Source of the DNA: Candidatus Binatia bacterium
GTDB lineage: Bacteria > Desulfobacterota > Binatia > Bin18
Length of the DNA: 64,000 bases
Assembly: GCA_963664395.2 (NCBI GenBank)
Contig: OY761159.2
Span: 3,200,001-3,264,000, forward strand
Reading direction: 5' to 3'
In this document: positions 1 through 11,962 of the stretch, in pieces
Position numbering within the stretch: position 1 is the first letter of the stretch
Layout: every line of letters begins with the position of its first letter
Program-made: the position numbers and the translations under genes
The notes under the pieces: model-generated
What the model saw: the letters and a program-made list of their open reading frames with translations, nothing else
Told to the model about the DNA's origin: nothing
The model's database searches: none

Positions 1-273
1 CCAGCCGCGCTCGGCCATGACATCCAGCCAGACCTTCATATCAGGATTCGGGTATTTCACCTTCCGTCCACCCCAATTCCCGTCGAGCAGGGTGCTCCCT
101 ACGCCTCGAATCGAAGCCGGGGCGTTGGCGTCCAACCACTGGTGTGTCTCAGCACGAAACGTTTCGAGAGCGGCCATGATTCCTCCTCAATATAGAAGGG
201 CGACCAAACGGTCGCCCTTATTCGAGCAAGATTCCGCGCTTTGGACAAGCGCAGGGTGAATATCTCTGAGTGC

Positions 274-1398
274 TTACGCAGCCGCGGCAGCCGGAGCCGG
301 CATGTTCAGCGGTTCCGGTTCTTGGAGCGGAGTCGTATCCCACTTCTTGAGTTCCGGCAGGACATGCTTGGCAAAGCACTTCATGCTGCCCTCGGCCTCG
401 TCGTAGGGCATCCCGGCGTAGCTGAAGTTGCCCATAATGGCTTTCATGTCGATCGTGTCGCGGATGAATTCGAGTTTCCGCAGCACCTGGTCAGGCGTTC
501 CCCACGGCATGAGTTTGACAAAGTCTCTGGCTGCTCCGTCCATGCCATGCTGCTCAATATATTTCCCGACGTTGCTGTAGAACTCATAGCCCTTGTTCTG
601 ACCGAAATGTTTGGCCGTCATCTGATAGTGGTTCATGGCCGTGTGATAATAGGCCCCGATCCACTTGGTGGCATTCTCTTCGGCCCGCTTGGCATCTTCA
701 TCCACATAGAAGAACCCGCCACAGAACGGCTGGGGCGGCTGTATTCCAGGATTCGTTTCCTGCCAGACCTTGTGATAAACCTCGAAGTCGCCTTTGACGA
801 CATCCCACGGCTTTTGCGGAATGACCAGCAGGCCGACGCCGAGCCGGGCCATGATTGGCATGGACTCCGGTGAGACCGCAGCCGCATAGGTACGGCCCTT
901 AAACGAGTAGGCCGGGTAGGGGCGGATATCGCGGCGGGGCTGCTGCGTCGCCAGACCGCCCTCGATATAGCCGTTCTCCAAGCCATTGATAATGAGTTCG
1001 GCGTATTCAACAAAGCGTTCGCGGCCTTCGTTCTGGTCGATCCGAAACCCGTCATACTCAACCCGGGCCAGACCCCGACCAAAGCCCAGAATCATCCGCC
1101 CGCCCGACACATGGTCAAGCAGCGAGATTTGCTCGGCAACCCGAATCGGGTCGTGCCAGGGAAGCACGATGACCATGGTTCCCAGCTTGGCCGTCTTGGT
1201 TCTGCCCGCCATATAGGACAGGAACTGAACCGCATCAGGACACATGGTGTAATCCGTAAAGTGATGTTCGATAGACCAAATTGAGTCAAACCCGAGGGGT
1301 TCGGCCATCTCCGCGATCCGAAGCTCCTCACGGTAGACTTCGGCATCGGAGCGAGCGTTTCCAGGGTTCTGAAATACCGGGGCGTAACCAACGTGCAT
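274..1398 (-). CDS. LLM-class (luciferase-like) flavin-dependent oxidoreductase
   Basis: AEPLGFDSIWSIEHHF, LPWHDPIRVAEQISLLDHVSGGR and GFGRG motifs; AAGGAGG RBS upstream. Confidence 0.9.
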   Translation of the reverse strand: MHVGYAPVFQNPGNARSDAEVYREELRIAEMAEPLGFDSIWSIEHHFTDYTMCPDAVQFLSYMAGRTKTAKLGTMVIVLPWHDPIRVAEQISLLDHVSGGRMILGFGRGLARVEYDGFRIDQNEGRERFVEYAELIINGLENGYIEGGLATQQPRRDIRPYPAYSFKGRTYAAAVSPESMPIMARLGVGLLVIPQKPWDVVKGDFEVYHKVWQETNPGIQPPQPFCGGFFYVDEDAKRAEENATKWIGAYYHTAMNHYQMTAKHFGQNKGYEFYSNVGKYIEQHGMDGAARDFVKLMPWGTPDQVLRKLEFIRDTIDMKAIMGNFSYAGMPYDEAEGSMKCFAKHVLPELKKWDTTPLQEPEPLNMPAPAAAAA

Positions 1399-1515
1399 AA
1401 TTCCTCCTTTGCTATTTTCAATATGAAATTATGAAGTCCATATTATATACAAGCCAGTTCAGCACGCATAGTCCCTTATGGCGGGAGAATTGCCCATCCC
1501 TTGCGTCGCTGTGTT

Positions 1516-1550
1516 CCCTCTCCCTGGAGGGAGAGGGCCAGGGTGAGGGG
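1516..1550. repeat. REP-like palindromic element (CCCTCTCCC-N4-GGGAGAGGG-CCAGGGTGAG)
   Basis: Perfect 9-bp inverted repeat; near-identical copy at 16510-16540. Confidence 0.75.
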
Positions 1551-1678
1551 GCTAAAGCGTTTCACGATTCAGTATACACATGTCATTGACAGTAGAGCAT
1601 ACCGAGCGTAGAGCTATGGGCACTTTCAAAACTGAAGGAGAAATCAGAAGCCACTTTGCCTTTTTCCATATTGATCCA

Positions 1679-2221
1679 ATGGTCTCCAAGTCTCTTAGGT
1701 TCATACTGGCGTCTTTCTGTTTCCTTGGTCATTTAATGGGGCAAGGAGCTGTGTTAAATGGCACCATAAAGGAAGCACACGCCCACAATATATACTTCAA
1801 TAAAAGATTTAACCTCTTCACTCGATGCCAGCCCATGCATCTCCATGTAGAAGCACAGGACATGGTGGGTGATTCGGCATCTACATATCCATATAAACTT
1901 ATTCCCAGTGAGAAGTGGCAGAAAGCAATTCGTGAACTCGTTGAACGCCGATTGCGGACTGCTAGATTATATCAGGAAACCGCTCAAAACTATTTTTATG
2001 TCTCCGTCCAACTACAGCAGCCCTCTAAAAACTATAAACTCGCTTTCGATTTCAGGAAGATGCTATACGATCCATCAACAGATAGCTGGGACCATGCAAC
2101 TACGTATGGTGCGGATAACATAGATCTTTCCACTGAACATGATTTAATGAGTACGCTTTCTTTTTTTCTGGACAAATTTCTTGAGGATTATGTGGAAGAG
2201 AATAAGGCATTTTGTCGCTAG
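1679..2221 (+). CDS. Hypothetical, possibly exported protein (AT-rich islet)
   Basis: Long ORF in AT-rich DNA; hydrophobic N-terminus from MVSKSLRFILASFCFLG; start uncertain (ORF open from 1580). Confidence 0.55.
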   Translation: MVSKSLRFILASFCFLGHLMGQGAVLNGTIKEAHAHNIYFNKRFNLFTRCQPMHLHVEAQDMVGDSASTYPYKLIPSEKWQKAIRELVERRLRTARLYQETAQNYFYVSVQLQQPSKNYKLAFDFRKMLYDPSTDSWDHATTYGADNIDLSTEHDLMSTLSFFLDKFLEDYVEENKAFCR

Positions 2222-2297
2222 CATACTTGTAGTGATAGAAGTTCCGGCCTTAGTTCCATAATGAAACCAGGGGAAGTCAATACACAGAAAACAACGT

Positions 2298-2840
2298 TTA
2301 GGACTTGGGAATTGGAATAGGTGTAAAATTATAAGGAAGAGAGTGTCTATCTACTTTAATACCCACATTCAGTAAAAACCCACACCAATAGTCTAAAATG
2401 GCATCGGTAAACCGCCACAATTCTAGTTTAGTGCCATCCTCAAGGGTCATGAAGAGATCAGGCCCTACCGTAGGTTCCTCTCTAATCTCTTCGCCATATA
2501 GGACAATATCTATAAATAGATTGTGTCCCTGTTTGACCTCCTTAGTCTCGGCTGGTTTCGTCAGATTAAAATGCTTGGCTGTATTAGCGATGTCATAAGC
2601 AGCGGCAATAAAGGGGTTTCTTTTCCATTTCTCTATGTATAAAGTACGCCGCTTATCTTTTTTATCCCCCATGCCCATACGCACAAAAAAGTAGTCCCGC
2701 ATGGCATTGGCGGTTATACAAAAATTATAGAAATGATCCGCTTTATCAAAGTCTCTTTTTGCATGACAAGCGCGATAAGCTTCACGTTTGAGCTTCTCAA
2801 AAAGATTTTCAATAGAGAGTAAAGTTGGAGCTAAAGACAT
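2298..2840 (-). CDS. Hypothetical protein, possible HEPN-like fold
   Basis: GGAGG RBS before MSLAPTLL; helical protein with FYNFCITANAMRDY and DIANTAKH (resembles a degenerate HEPN Rx4-6H-type motif). Confidence 0.55.
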   Translation of the reverse strand: MSLAPTLLSIENLFEKLKREAYRACHAKRDFDKADHFYNFCITANAMRDYFFVRMGMGDKKDKRRTLYIEKWKRNPFIAAAYDIANTAKHFNLTKPAETKEVKQGHNLFIDIVLYGEEIREEPTVGPDLFMTLEDGTKLELWRFTDAILDYWCGFLLNVGIKVDRHSLPYNFTPIPIPKS

Positions 2841-2987
2841 AACCTCCATTCCTTTTCTTGATCTCATTCCCCATGCCGCCACCCGCCGCTTCATCCACCC
2901 TTTATCCGTCAGCGCCACCAGCGTTTCTTCCTACGTGCGAGTCTCTTTGGCTACATTATAGCTTTCACACAGCAGTTACAGACACAT

Positions 2988-3966
<979 letters not shown>

Positions 3967-4102
3967 AGGCTCCTCCTCCGTCACATCCGGCCCATATATC
4001 ACACATCTGTCCGGTTTGACTCACTCGGCGGTATTTCCTAAGGTATCCCGGCTATTTCGTATAAAAGAAACATTGTGCTACTCGAAGGAAGGAGAGGCAG
4101 AC

Positions 4103-5311
4103 ATGGATTTTGATTATTCCCCGAAAGTGCAGGACCTGAGAAAAAAGGTCTCTCAATTTATGGACGAGCACGTCCATCCGAATGAACAGACGTTTGAGGA
4201 CCAACTGAACTCCGGCCCGGACCGCTGGCAGATCCCGCCGATTATCGAAGAGATCAAAGAGAGGGCCAAGAGTGCCGGGCTCTGGAACCTGTTTCTGCCG
4301 GAGAGCGAGTACGGCTATGGCCTGACCAACCTCGAATATGCCCCCTTGTCGGAAATCATGGGACGGGTGCACTGGGGCTCGGAAGTCTTTAATTGCTCGG
4401 CGCCGGACACCGGTAATATGGAAGTGATCTCTCGCTATTGTACGCCCGAGCAGCAACAGGAATGGCTGGAACCGCTGCTCGAAGGCAAGATTCGTTCCTG
4501 CTTTGCCATGACCGAACCGGCAGTGGCCTCGTCCGATGCCACCAATATCGAATCCCGCATCGTGCGCGATGGAGATGAATACGTCATCAACGGCCGCAAG
4601 TGGTGGTCGTCGGGCATGGGCGACCCACGCTGCAAGATTCTCATCTTCATGGGCAAGACCGACCCTGATAATCCGAACCGCTATCTCCAGCAATCTCAAA
4701 TCCTGATCCCGCGTGACACGCCGGGCGTGAATATCCTGCGGATGCTGACCGTGTTCGGCTACGACGATGCCCCCCACGGTCATGCCGAGGTCGAGTTCAA
4801 AGACGTGCGGGTGCCGGCCGCGAATATGATTCTGGGTGAAGGCCGTGGGTTTGAGATTGCTCAAGGCCGTCTTGGCCCTGGGCGTATTCACCACTGTATG
4901 CGACTGATCGGGCAGGCCGAACGTGCGCTGGAAAAGATGTGCACACGCGCCAAGTCCCGGACGGCATTTGGCAAACTGATCTCCGAACGGACAGTGACGC
5001 TGGAGCGGATTGCCGAAGCTCGGATTCGGATTGAACAAGCCCGGCTGCTGACGCTCAAGGCCGCGCATATGATGGACACCGTCGGCAACAAAGCTGCCCG
5101 CGCCGAAATTGCCATGATTAAAGTGGCGGCGCCGAATATGGCGCTGCAAGTGATAGACTGGGCCATGCAGGCCCACGGCGGAGGTGGGGTGGCCGAAGAC
5201 TTCGGGCTGGCGCGCGCCTATGCCTCAGCGCGGACGCTGCGCTTCGCCGATGGACCGGACGAAGTCCACCGCAATCAGATTGGCCGCCTGGAACTGCGCA
5301 AATACGATTAA
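4103..5311 (+). CDS. Acyl-CoA dehydrogenase
   Basis: [39 protein letters not shown] and ADGPDEVH motifs. Confidence 0.93.
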   Translation: MDFDYSPKVQDLRKKVSQFMDEHVHPNEQTFEDQLNSGPDRWQIPPIIEEIKERAKSAGLWNLFLPESEYGYGLTNLEYAPLSEIMGRVHWGSEVFNCSAPDTGNMEVISRYCTPEQQQEWLEPLLEGKIRSCFAMTEPAVASSDATNIESRIVRDGDEYVINGRKWWSSGMGDPRCKILIFMGKTDPDNPNRYLQQSQILIPRDTPGVNILRMLTVFGYDDAPHGHAEVEFKDVRVPAANMILGEGRGFEIAQGRLGPGRIHHCMRLIGQAERALEKMCTRAKSRTAFGKLISERTVTLERIAEARIRIEQARLLTLKAAHMMDTVGNKAARAEIAMIKVAAPNMALQVIDWAMQAHGGGGVAEDFGLARAYASARTLRFADGPDEVHRNQIGRLELRKYD

Positions 5312-5315
5312 ACCT

Positions 5316-6371
5316 ATGAAATTCGGCCTCCATTTCCAACTGCCGTGTACGGCTACACAGTCGCCTGTTCAGCGCTACCGAGACACGCTCGATCAGGCGA
5401 TTCACGCCGAAACGCTGGGGTTTGAATCCGTGTGGCCGGTTGAGCAGCACTTTAACCCCGAGCTTTCAATTCTTCCGTCCCCGTTGCTGCTCCTGTCGGC
5501 CCTTGCCGAGCGGACCCGGACACTCCGACTCGGTATCGCCATTATCCTCTTACCCCTCTCTCATCCGATTCGCGTGGCCGAAGAGGTTGCGACCTTAGAC
5601 GTGCTGAGTAACGGCCGAGTGGAGTTTGGTATTGGGCGGGGCTCTCTGCCGAATCATTTTAGCGGGTTCGGGGTGGACCAGGCCGAAAGCCGGGAGCGGA
5701 TGCTTGAAGCGCTGGCCATGATTCGCCAGGCCTGGACCCAGGACCGGTTTTCATTCCAGGGCCAATTTTTCCAGGTTGAGAATATCTCGGTCGTCCCTCA
5801 ACCGGTCCAGCAGCCCCATCCCCCCATTCGGGTGGCTGCCAATAGTGCCGAGACGTTCGAGTTGATGGGTCGGTTGGGCTATCCCATCTTTGTTGCCTCG
5901 CAGGTCAACCCGTTTGCCAAAATGCGAGAGTATATCCCCCTCTATCGCGAAGCCCGGGCCGCGGCCGGGCATCCGGACGGTGGTGGTGAGGATATTACCC
6001 TGCTGGGTCCGCTGTACGTCGGCGCGAGCCATGCCCAAATCCGACAGGAGCTGGAACCCAGCATCCGTCGTTTTCTGGAGTCCGTGGCCGCCATTGCCAC
6101 AGCCCAAGGCGCGACCTTGGGCAAACAATCGCAGCGCGTCAAAGAAGTCTTCGATCGGGTGCGGCGTATGACCTATGAGAAGGTGGACGAGGTGATGGCA
6201 ATTTTCGATACGCCGGACGCGTGCGCAGAGCGACTCAAACAGCTTGAAGCGGAATTCGGCATGGGACGGTTCGTGTGTTGGTTCAATCCCGGTGGCATGG
6301 TGCCCCATGCCCAAGTCATGCGCAGCATGGAGTTGTTTGCAGCCAAGGTGATGCCGCATTTTGCGGAATAG
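5316..6371 (+). CDS. LLM-class flavin-dependent oxidoreductase
   Basis: AETLGFESVWPVEQHF, HPIRVAEEVATLDVLSNGRVEFGIGRG. Confidence 0.9.
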   Translation: MKFGLHFQLPCTATQSPVQRYRDTLDQAIHAETLGFESVWPVEQHFNPELSILPSPLLLLSALAERTRTLRLGIAIILLPLSHPIRVAEEVATLDVLSNGRVEFGIGRGSLPNHFSGFGVDQAESRERMLEALAMIRQAWTQDRFSFQGQFFQVENISVVPQPVQQPHPPIRVAANSAETFELMGRLGYPIFVASQVNPFAKMREYIPLYREARAAAGHPDGGGEDITLLGPLYVGASHAQIRQELEPSIRRFLESVAAIATAQGATLGKQSQRVKEVFDRVRRMTYEKVDEVMAIFDTPDACAERLKQLEAEFGMGRFVCWFNPGGMVPHAQVMRSMELFAAKVMPHFAE

Positions 6372-6397
6372 ATTGACGGCTTGAGAGAGAAGGAAAA

Positions 6398-7117
6398 GTG
6401 GACTATAGACGTGAGTTTCTCAACTTCCTGCTCAAAAAGAACGCGCTCAAAATTGCCCGCGACCCAGACTCCTTCTTTCAATTAAAAAGTGGGCGCGTCA
6501 GCCCGAGCTTTGTTTCGCTCGGCGCACTGACCGATGGCGCAAGCCTCATCACGCTCAAAAAATGCTATAGCCGGGCGGCAATGGAAGGCGTAGAGAAAGG
6601 CGTCCTGCAGGACTTTCAGTATGTTTTTGGTCCGGCCTATAAAGGTATCACCCTGGGGGCGCTGCTGTGCGAAGGACTCCAGGAATACGGCGACAAATCT
6701 ACTTCCCTCCTCTACGACCGCAAAGAAGAGAAAGCCCACGGAGAGGTGACTCAAGGTAGTGCAGTTGGAAAGCTCATTGTCGGGGCTGAGAATTTTGTCC
6801 AAGCGAGCGCGATTCTGCTCGTTGATGATGTGATTACAACCGGCAAGGCAAAATATGAAGCGCTCGAAAAGATACGCTTGCTTGGAGCCCATACCATTGC
6901 CGGGATGGTGGTAGCGGTCGATAGGCAGGAAGTGCTGGGCGATGCGACCGGGCGGCTCAGTGCCATCCAAGCGCTCGAACAAGAGTTCGGTATTCGCACC
7001 TTTGCCATTCTCACCATGCAGGAGATTTTTACGCTGGTGAAAGATTCCTTGTCTGCCGATGTCCGGCAGGCGTGGATTGCGTACTATGAGCGCTACGGAG
7101 CCGTCCAACTCGGGTAG
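6398..7117 (+). CDS. pyrE: Orotate phosphoribosyltransferase
   Basis: FQLKSGRVSP, FGPAYKGI, RKEEKAHGE and PRPP-binding LLVDDVITTG. Confidence 0.88.
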   Translation: MDYRREFLNFLLKKNALKIARDPDSFFQLKSGRVSPSFVSLGALTDGASLITLKKCYSRAAMEGVEKGVLQDFQYVFGPAYKGITLGALLCEGLQEYGDKSTSLLYDRKEEKAHGEVTQGSAVGKLIVGAENFVQASAILLVDDVITTGKAKYEALEKIRLLGAHTIAGMVVAVDRQEVLGDATGRLSAIQALEQEFGIRTFAILTMQEIFTLVKDSLSADVRQAWIAYYERYGAVQLG

Positions 7118-7154
7118 AGGCACTACGGAGCGTCTCTGGAGAGCCCCCTCTCAT

Positions 7155-7808
7155 TCATACGCTGAACCGCTCCTGCATCCGCTCCCACCACCTGGCTAAG
7201 GACGGAGCAGAATCAAATAAGGGCTCATCGCTCACGCGTGTGATCCATGTGAATGTGCCGAACAGGCTGAAATCGGCATAGGTCAAAACCTCAAACAAAT
7301 ATTCATGGCCTAACGCGACTGCCTCAAGGTCGGCGAGTACGGATTTGAGACGCGGGCGAAAGGCGTCGCGTCTGGCGGCGAGGTCTTCAAGCGTTGCGCC
7401 GAACCGAGCTTCGCGGTTTTCACGAAAGTAGGCGCGGTCTACCGGCTCAATCTTTTCAAAGATGTCGTATATCACGATTGGAGAGAGCGCCGGATGGAAC
7501 GTGTTATCGATATACAGATTAAAGAACCGACAAGCCTCTTTCATACCCGGACCGGGGAAGAGCTTGGCCTGCGGATACTGGTCTTCCAGGTATTCGGCAA
7601 TCTTCCACGAATCAGAGACAACCGTGCCGTTGTCCGTAATGACCGGCACCCGGTCCTGGTTGGAAAAGGTCAGTTTGTCTTTATCGCAGAAGCGAATCGG
7701 TACGGTCGTATAGTCCAAGCCCTTGTAGCGTAACGCGACCTTGGTGCGCGAGCAAAATGGGCTAAAGCGTATATTGTTGGCTCCGGTCAAGTCGTAGACT
7801 TCAATCAT
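7155..7808 (-). CDS. Glutathione S-transferase family protein (beta-etherase-like N-terminus)
   Basis: RFSPFCSRTKVALRYKG, VPVI..VSDSWKIAEYLE, YADF. Confidence 0.85.
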   Translation of the reverse strand: MIEVYDLTGANNIRFSPFCSRTKVALRYKGLDYTTVPIRFCDKDKLTFSNQDRVPVITDNGTVVSDSWKIAEYLEDQYPQAKLFPGPGMKEACRFFNLYIDNTFHPALSPIVIYDIFEKIEPVDRAYFRENREARFGATLEDLAARRDAFRPRLKSVLADLEAVALGHEYLFEVLTYADFSLFGTFTWITRVSDEPLFDSAPSLARWWERMQERFSV

Positions 7809-7955
7809 TGGTTTCTCCTCTCGGGTATGTCCAGCGTCTTTCGTCATTTCCAAAAATGCTGAAGAAGTCAAGGTAAAGGCCCGGTTGGCGGAACTGTTTG
7901 CCTGGGATAGGCTGGCTAAAATGTATGACGAGATCAGGAACAAAGGAGGAGATTC

Positions 7956-9131
7956 ATGCGAGAAGCCGTTGTTGTATCATCAGCCCGGAGCGGAATTGGC
8001 AAAGCCTTTCGGGGCAGCCTGAACAAAACCAGCGGCGCGACCTTGGGCGCGCATGTCATTAAAAGTGCGGTTGAGCGGGCAGGGGTGGACCCTGCGGAAG
8101 TTGAAGATGTGGTGTTTGGCTGCGGGCTGCCGGAAGGTTCAACCGGGCATAATGTTGCGCGGACCTCAGCCGTGAAGGCCGGCCTGCCCGTGACCACCTC
8201 TGGTATGACTATCAACCGCTACTGCTCCTCCGGCCTGCAAGCGATCAGTACGGCAGCCAACCGGATTATCGTCGATGGGGCCGATGTCATGGTGGCCGGT
8301 GGGGTGGAGTCGATCAGCCTGGTACAAAGCAATCTGAATACCAAGAATTTTGTTGACGGCTGGCTCATGGAGAACAAGCCCGAGATCTATTTCCCGATGT
8401 TGAAGACGGCCGAGATTGTCGCCCAGCGCTATCAGGTCTCGCGTGAGTCGCAGGATGAGTATGCCCTGGCCAGCCAGCAACGGACCGCGGCCGGCCAGGC
8501 GGCCGGCAAATTCGACGACGAGATCGTGCCCATCACCACAGTCATGGCTGTGACCAACAAGGAAACGGGCGAGGTCAGCCAGAAAGAGGTCACGCTCTCG
8601 CGCGATGAGGGTAATCGGCCGACTACCAATCTGGAAGGACTCTCCGCTCTCCCGTCTGTGACAGAGGGCTCGATTACTGCCGGCAATTCCAGTCAGTTGT
8701 CCGATGGTGCAGCCGCGGTTGTTTTGATGGAAGCCAAAGAGGCTGAGAAGCGTGGCCTGCAACCCCTGGGTCTCTATAAAGGGCTGGTCGCCGCCGGCTG
8801 TGAGCCGGATGAGATGGGTATTGGTCCGGTCTTCGCCATTCCCAAGCTGCTTGAGCGTCACGGCCTGAAGATGGACGATATTGATCTGTGGGAACTCAAC
8901 GAAGCCTTTGCCGTGCAGACGGTTTATTGCCGCAATCGCCTTGGCATTCCCATGGAGAACTACAATGTGAACGGCGGCGCTATCTCAATTGGCCATCCGT
9001 ACGGCATGACCGGCGCCCGTCAGGTCGGCCATATTTTGCGTGAGGGCAAACGGCGGGGTGCCAAAAATGTGGTGGTGACTATGTGTGTCGGTGGCGGGAT
9101 GGGCGTGGCCGGACTGTTTGAGGTGTTGTAG
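7956..9131 (+). CDS. Acetyl-CoA C-acyltransferase (thiolase)
   Basis: [24 protein letters not shown] and MCVGGGMG motifs. Confidence 0.95.
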   Translation: MREAVVVSSARSGIGKAFRGSLNKTSGATLGAHVIKSAVERAGVDPAEVEDVVFGCGLPEGSTGHNVARTSAVKAGLPVTTSGMTINRYCSSGLQAISTAANRIIVDGADVMVAGGVESISLVQSNLNTKNFVDGWLMENKPEIYFPMLKTAEIVAQRYQVSRESQDEYALASQQRTAAGQAAGKFDDEIVPITTVMAVTNKETGEVSQKEVTLSRDEGNRPTTNLEGLSALPSVTEGSITAGNSSQLSDGAAAVVLMEAKEAEKRGLQPLGLYKGLVAAGCEPDEMGIGPVFAIPKLLERHGLKMDDIDLWELNEAFAVQTVYCRNRLGIPMENYNVNGGAISIGHPYGMTGARQVGHILREGKRRGAKNVVVTMCVGGGMGVAGLFEVL

Positions 9132-9146
9132 AGCGTCGGGCCGATC

Positions 9147-9176
9147 AAAAAAGAGGGGCAGGCACGCCTGCCCCTC
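9147..9176 (-). terminator. Rho-independent terminator between convergent thiolase and tpx
   Basis: GAGGGGCAGG-CACG-CCTGCCCCTC stem with a 6-T tail on the minus strand. Confidence 0.8.
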
Positions 9177-9191
9177 CGAAACATACAGGGT

Positions 9192-9707
9192 CTACGCGGC
9201 AGCGGCCTTGGCTGCATTCAGCGCCGCATCATAATCCGGCTCGTTGGCGATTTCCGATACGTATTCAACGTGCTTGAGCGTGCCGTCTTTTCCGACAACG
9301 AACACCGCGCGGGCGGTTACGCCAGCCAGCGGACCATCTGCGATCAACACGCCGTAGCCTTCGGCAAAGGCGTGGTCACGAAAATCCGACAGCGTTTTTA
9401 CCTGCTCCACGCCGGCCGCGCCGCACCAGCGCTTCTGAGCGAAGGGTAAATCCATACTCAAGGTCCAGATTTCAATCCCTTCGCCGAGCTTGGCGGCTTC
9501 TTCATTAAAGCGTCGTGTTTCCGTGTCACACACCGGCGTGTCAACCGAAGGGACAGAACTCAAAATTACGACTTTGCCCTGTGCCTCGCTGAGTTTGACG
9601 GACTGTAGATCGTTGTTCACTGCGGTGAAATCCGGGGCGGCCTGACCAACCGACACTTCTGATCCACCCAAGGTGAGAGGATTGCCGCGTAACGTAACTG
9701 ATGCCAT
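9192..9707 (-). CDS. tpx: Thiol peroxidase (Tpx)
   Basis: VPSVDTPVCDTETRRFN and SMDLPFAQKRWCGA; AAGGAGG RBS. Confidence 0.93.
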   Translation of the reverse strand: MASVTLRGNPLTLGGSEVSVGQAAPDFTAVNNDLQSVKLSEAQGKVVILSSVPSVDTPVCDTETRRFNEEAAKLGEGIEIWTLSMDLPFAQKRWCGAAGVEQVKTLSDFRDHAFAEGYGVLIADGPLAGVTARAVFVVGKDGTLKHVEYVSEIANEPDYDAALNAAKAAAA

Positions 9708-9870
9708 TTCGACCTCCTTGTCCTGCTCCAAAATAAAATTGTTGAATAACGAAAGCGGGCCGCATTCTATCCAGACACAGTTGAATTGCAAAGTGCCTGG
9801 GGATGACGCATGATCGGATCAAAGAGTTCCGGGGTTGGAGACTGTCCCCCTCAGCAAGGAGGTGCGTGCT

Positions 9871-10533
9871 ATGTGTGGCCGCTACAGCCTGACGGCAGAT
9901 GAAAAGCAGCTCAATGCTCGTTTTGTGGCGCGCTTCCTGCCCTCTACGCCGACCGCACGCTACAATATTGCGCCGACCCAGCCGGTATGGGCGCTGGTGC
10001 ATACGGAGGAACCCAGGATCGTGGCACTGCGTTGGGGGCTGATCCCGTCCTGGGCCAAGGACAAAGCCATTGGGAACCGGATGATTAACGCCCGCGCCGA
10101 AGGGATTGCAGAGAAGCCGAGTTTTCGCCGGGCGATTCGGAAGCGGCGCTGTCTGGTCCTGGCCGATGGTTTTTATGAGTGGCAAAAGACCGGGCCATCC
10201 AAACTGCCCTACTATATTCGACTGAAATCCGGTGAGCCGTTTGGGTTTGCCGGTTTATGGGAGCGCTGGTCCGCGCCGTCCGGCGAAACGATTCATTCGT
10301 GTACCATTATCACCACGACGCCCAACGAACTCATGGCCGACATCCATCACCGCATGCCGGTTATTGTCCCTCGTGAGGCCGAAGAGCGCTGGCTCGACCC
10401 AACAATAGAAGACCCGCAAAAAGTGCTGCCCCTCCTCCAGCCATACCCCGCCGGTGAGCTGGAAGCCTATGCGGTCTCAACTCTGGTGAATTCACCGCGC
10501 AATGATGTGGCCGCCTGTATTGAGCCAGGGTAG
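9871..10533 (+). CDS. SOS response-associated peptidase (SRAP/HMCES/YedK family)
   Basis: MCGRY N-terminus (catalytic Cys2), RYNIAPTQ, INARAE, GFYEW, HHRMPVI. Confidence 0.93.
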   Translation: MCGRYSLTADEKQLNARFVARFLPSTPTARYNIAPTQPVWALVHTEEPRIVALRWGLIPSWAKDKAIGNRMINARAEGIAEKPSFRRAIRKRRCLVLADGFYEWQKTGPSKLPYYIRLKSGEPFGFAGLWERWSAPSGETIHSCTIITTTPNELMADIHHRMPVIVPREAEERWLDPTIEDPQKVLPLLQPYPAGELEAYAVSTLVNSPRNDVAACIEPG

Positions 10534-10550
10534 CATACCCGAAACATGAA

Positions 10551-11096
10551 TTAGTCGCCCGTTTCCTTGGCGCCCGGCTCAAGATCAACTTGGGTCGCTG
10601 TGAGGAAACGGACAACCATATTATAGAACGCGGCATTCAAGCTGAGTTCGACGATCTGTTCCTCATTGAGAAAGGCGCGCAGCGCGTCAAAGGTCGTATC
10701 CGCAATCTGCACCTGCTCGGTCATCTCGGTTGCGTAGCGAATAACGGTGCGTTCGTGTTCGTTAAAAGCCGGGCTCGTCTCCCAGTCCGCAAGTTTTTCT
10801 ACTTGTTCAGGACTCACCCCAACTCGTTTGGCCAAGGCTTTATGGTGGGTATATTCATACTCGCAGTCGGTTAGCCTGCCGACCGTCATGATAGCGAGTT
10901 CCCGCAACCGAGGATCAAGCGTGGTCCGATTCCGCAGCCCATCGCTAAAGTACAGCATTCGACGCAGGAGCAACGGGCTGTGCGCCACGATCCGAAAGAT
11001 ATTGCCAATCGAGCCGCGTTGCTTGAGAAGATCATCAAAAATATCGCGCTCAAGCTCGGGCAGGTCATCTCGGTCCAGATAGGCTAAACGGGCCAT
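10551..11096 (-). CDS. Carboxymuconolactone decarboxylase/AhpD family protein
   Basis: LDPRLRELAIM..CEYEYTHH pattern; start at MARLAYL after AAGGAAG. Confidence 0.82.
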   Translation of the reverse strand: MARLAYLDRDDLPELERDIFDDLLKQRGSIGNIFRIVAHSPLLLRRMLYFSDGLRNRTTLDPRLRELAIMTVGRLTDCEYEYTHHKALAKRVGVSPEQVEKLADWETSPAFNEHERTVIRYATEMTEQVQIADTTFDALRAFLNEEQIVELSLNAAFYNMVVRFLTATQVDLEPGAKETGD

Positions 11097-11118
11097 GCTG
11101 ACTTCCTTTCCAGTGTTA

Positions 11119-11928
11119 TTACTCTGAATTCTTCCCAGAGGTTTCTCCAAATTTGGGCGCACGCTTGTCCAGGAATGCCCGCATGCCTTCGCGGGCATCG
11201 TCGGACAAAAAGGCCGCTTTCTGAGCCCGGTACTCATAGGCCAGGGCTTGTTCGAGCGACGCGCTGGCCCCGAGATAGACGCCTTCTTTGATCCGAGCCA
11301 GAGTCTCTGCCGGACCCGTAGCCAGCGTCCGCGCAAAATTGAGCGTCTCTTCCCAAAAACTCTCAAGCGGATAGACCTGATTCAGCAGGCCCAAACGCAG
11401 AGCTTCTGCGGTTCTGATCCGGTCTCCGGTCATCATGAGTTCCATGGCCTTGGCCGTTCCAACCAGGCGGGACAAAAAGAAGAAGCCGCCCCAGTCGGGG
11501 ACCAGGCCAATCTTCACAAAGCTCTCGGAGAAGAGGGCCTTGTCCGAGCCAAGCCGAAAGTCGCAGCTTAATGCCAGGTTGGCGCCCGCGCCGGCCGCGG
11601 CGCCATTCACCGCCGCAATGATGGGCTGGGGCATACGCCGCAGCAACTGGACGACCTGACTGCCAAGGACCATGCGCTGTTCAATGACTTGGGTTGTACG
11701 GTCGTCCTGGAGCTTGGCCATACTGGCGATATCGCCTCCGGCGCAAAAGGCTCTCCCCGCACCAGTAATAATAACGCAGCGGACGCTCCGGTCGGTTGCA
11801 AACTGTTCGAGCTGCGCGAGGAGCTGACCGCGCATGGTGTCAGAGAAGGCGTTCATGACCTCGGGTCGATTCAGCGTCAGGATGCCAATATGATCGTTCA
11901 CTGTGGTGAGCACCTGGTTTTCGCTCAT
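11119..11928 (-). CDS. Enoyl-CoA hydratase/isomerase
   Basis: AFCAGGDI, AVNGAAAGAG, IGLVPDWGG. Confidence 0.92.
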   Translation of the reverse strand: MSENQVLTTVNDHIGILTLNRPEVMNAFSDTMRGQLLAQLEQFATDRSVRCVIITGAGRAFCAGGDIASMAKLQDDRTTQVIEQRMVLGSQVVQLLRRMPQPIIAAVNGAAAGAGANLALSCDFRLGSDKALFSESFVKIGLVPDWGGFFFLSRLVGTAKAMELMMTGDRIRTAEALRLGLLNQVYPLESFWEETLNFARTLATGPAETLARIKEGVYLGASASLEQALAYEYRAQKAAFLSDDAREGMRAFLDKRAPKFGETSGKNSE

Positions 11929-11962
11929 GCTGTCCTCCGAGGTTTTCCGTTTACGCTCATCA

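Noticed and set aside
4052-5176. Long antisense ORFs (also 23213-24532, 33528-34454, 51019-51987 and many others)
   Set aside because: They shadow well-supported genes on the opposite strand, as expected in GC-rich DNA, and carry no recognisable motifs
9871-10533. SRAP gene as a prophage or mutagenesis cassette marker
   Set aside because: No umuDC/imuABC, integrase or phage genes are nearby
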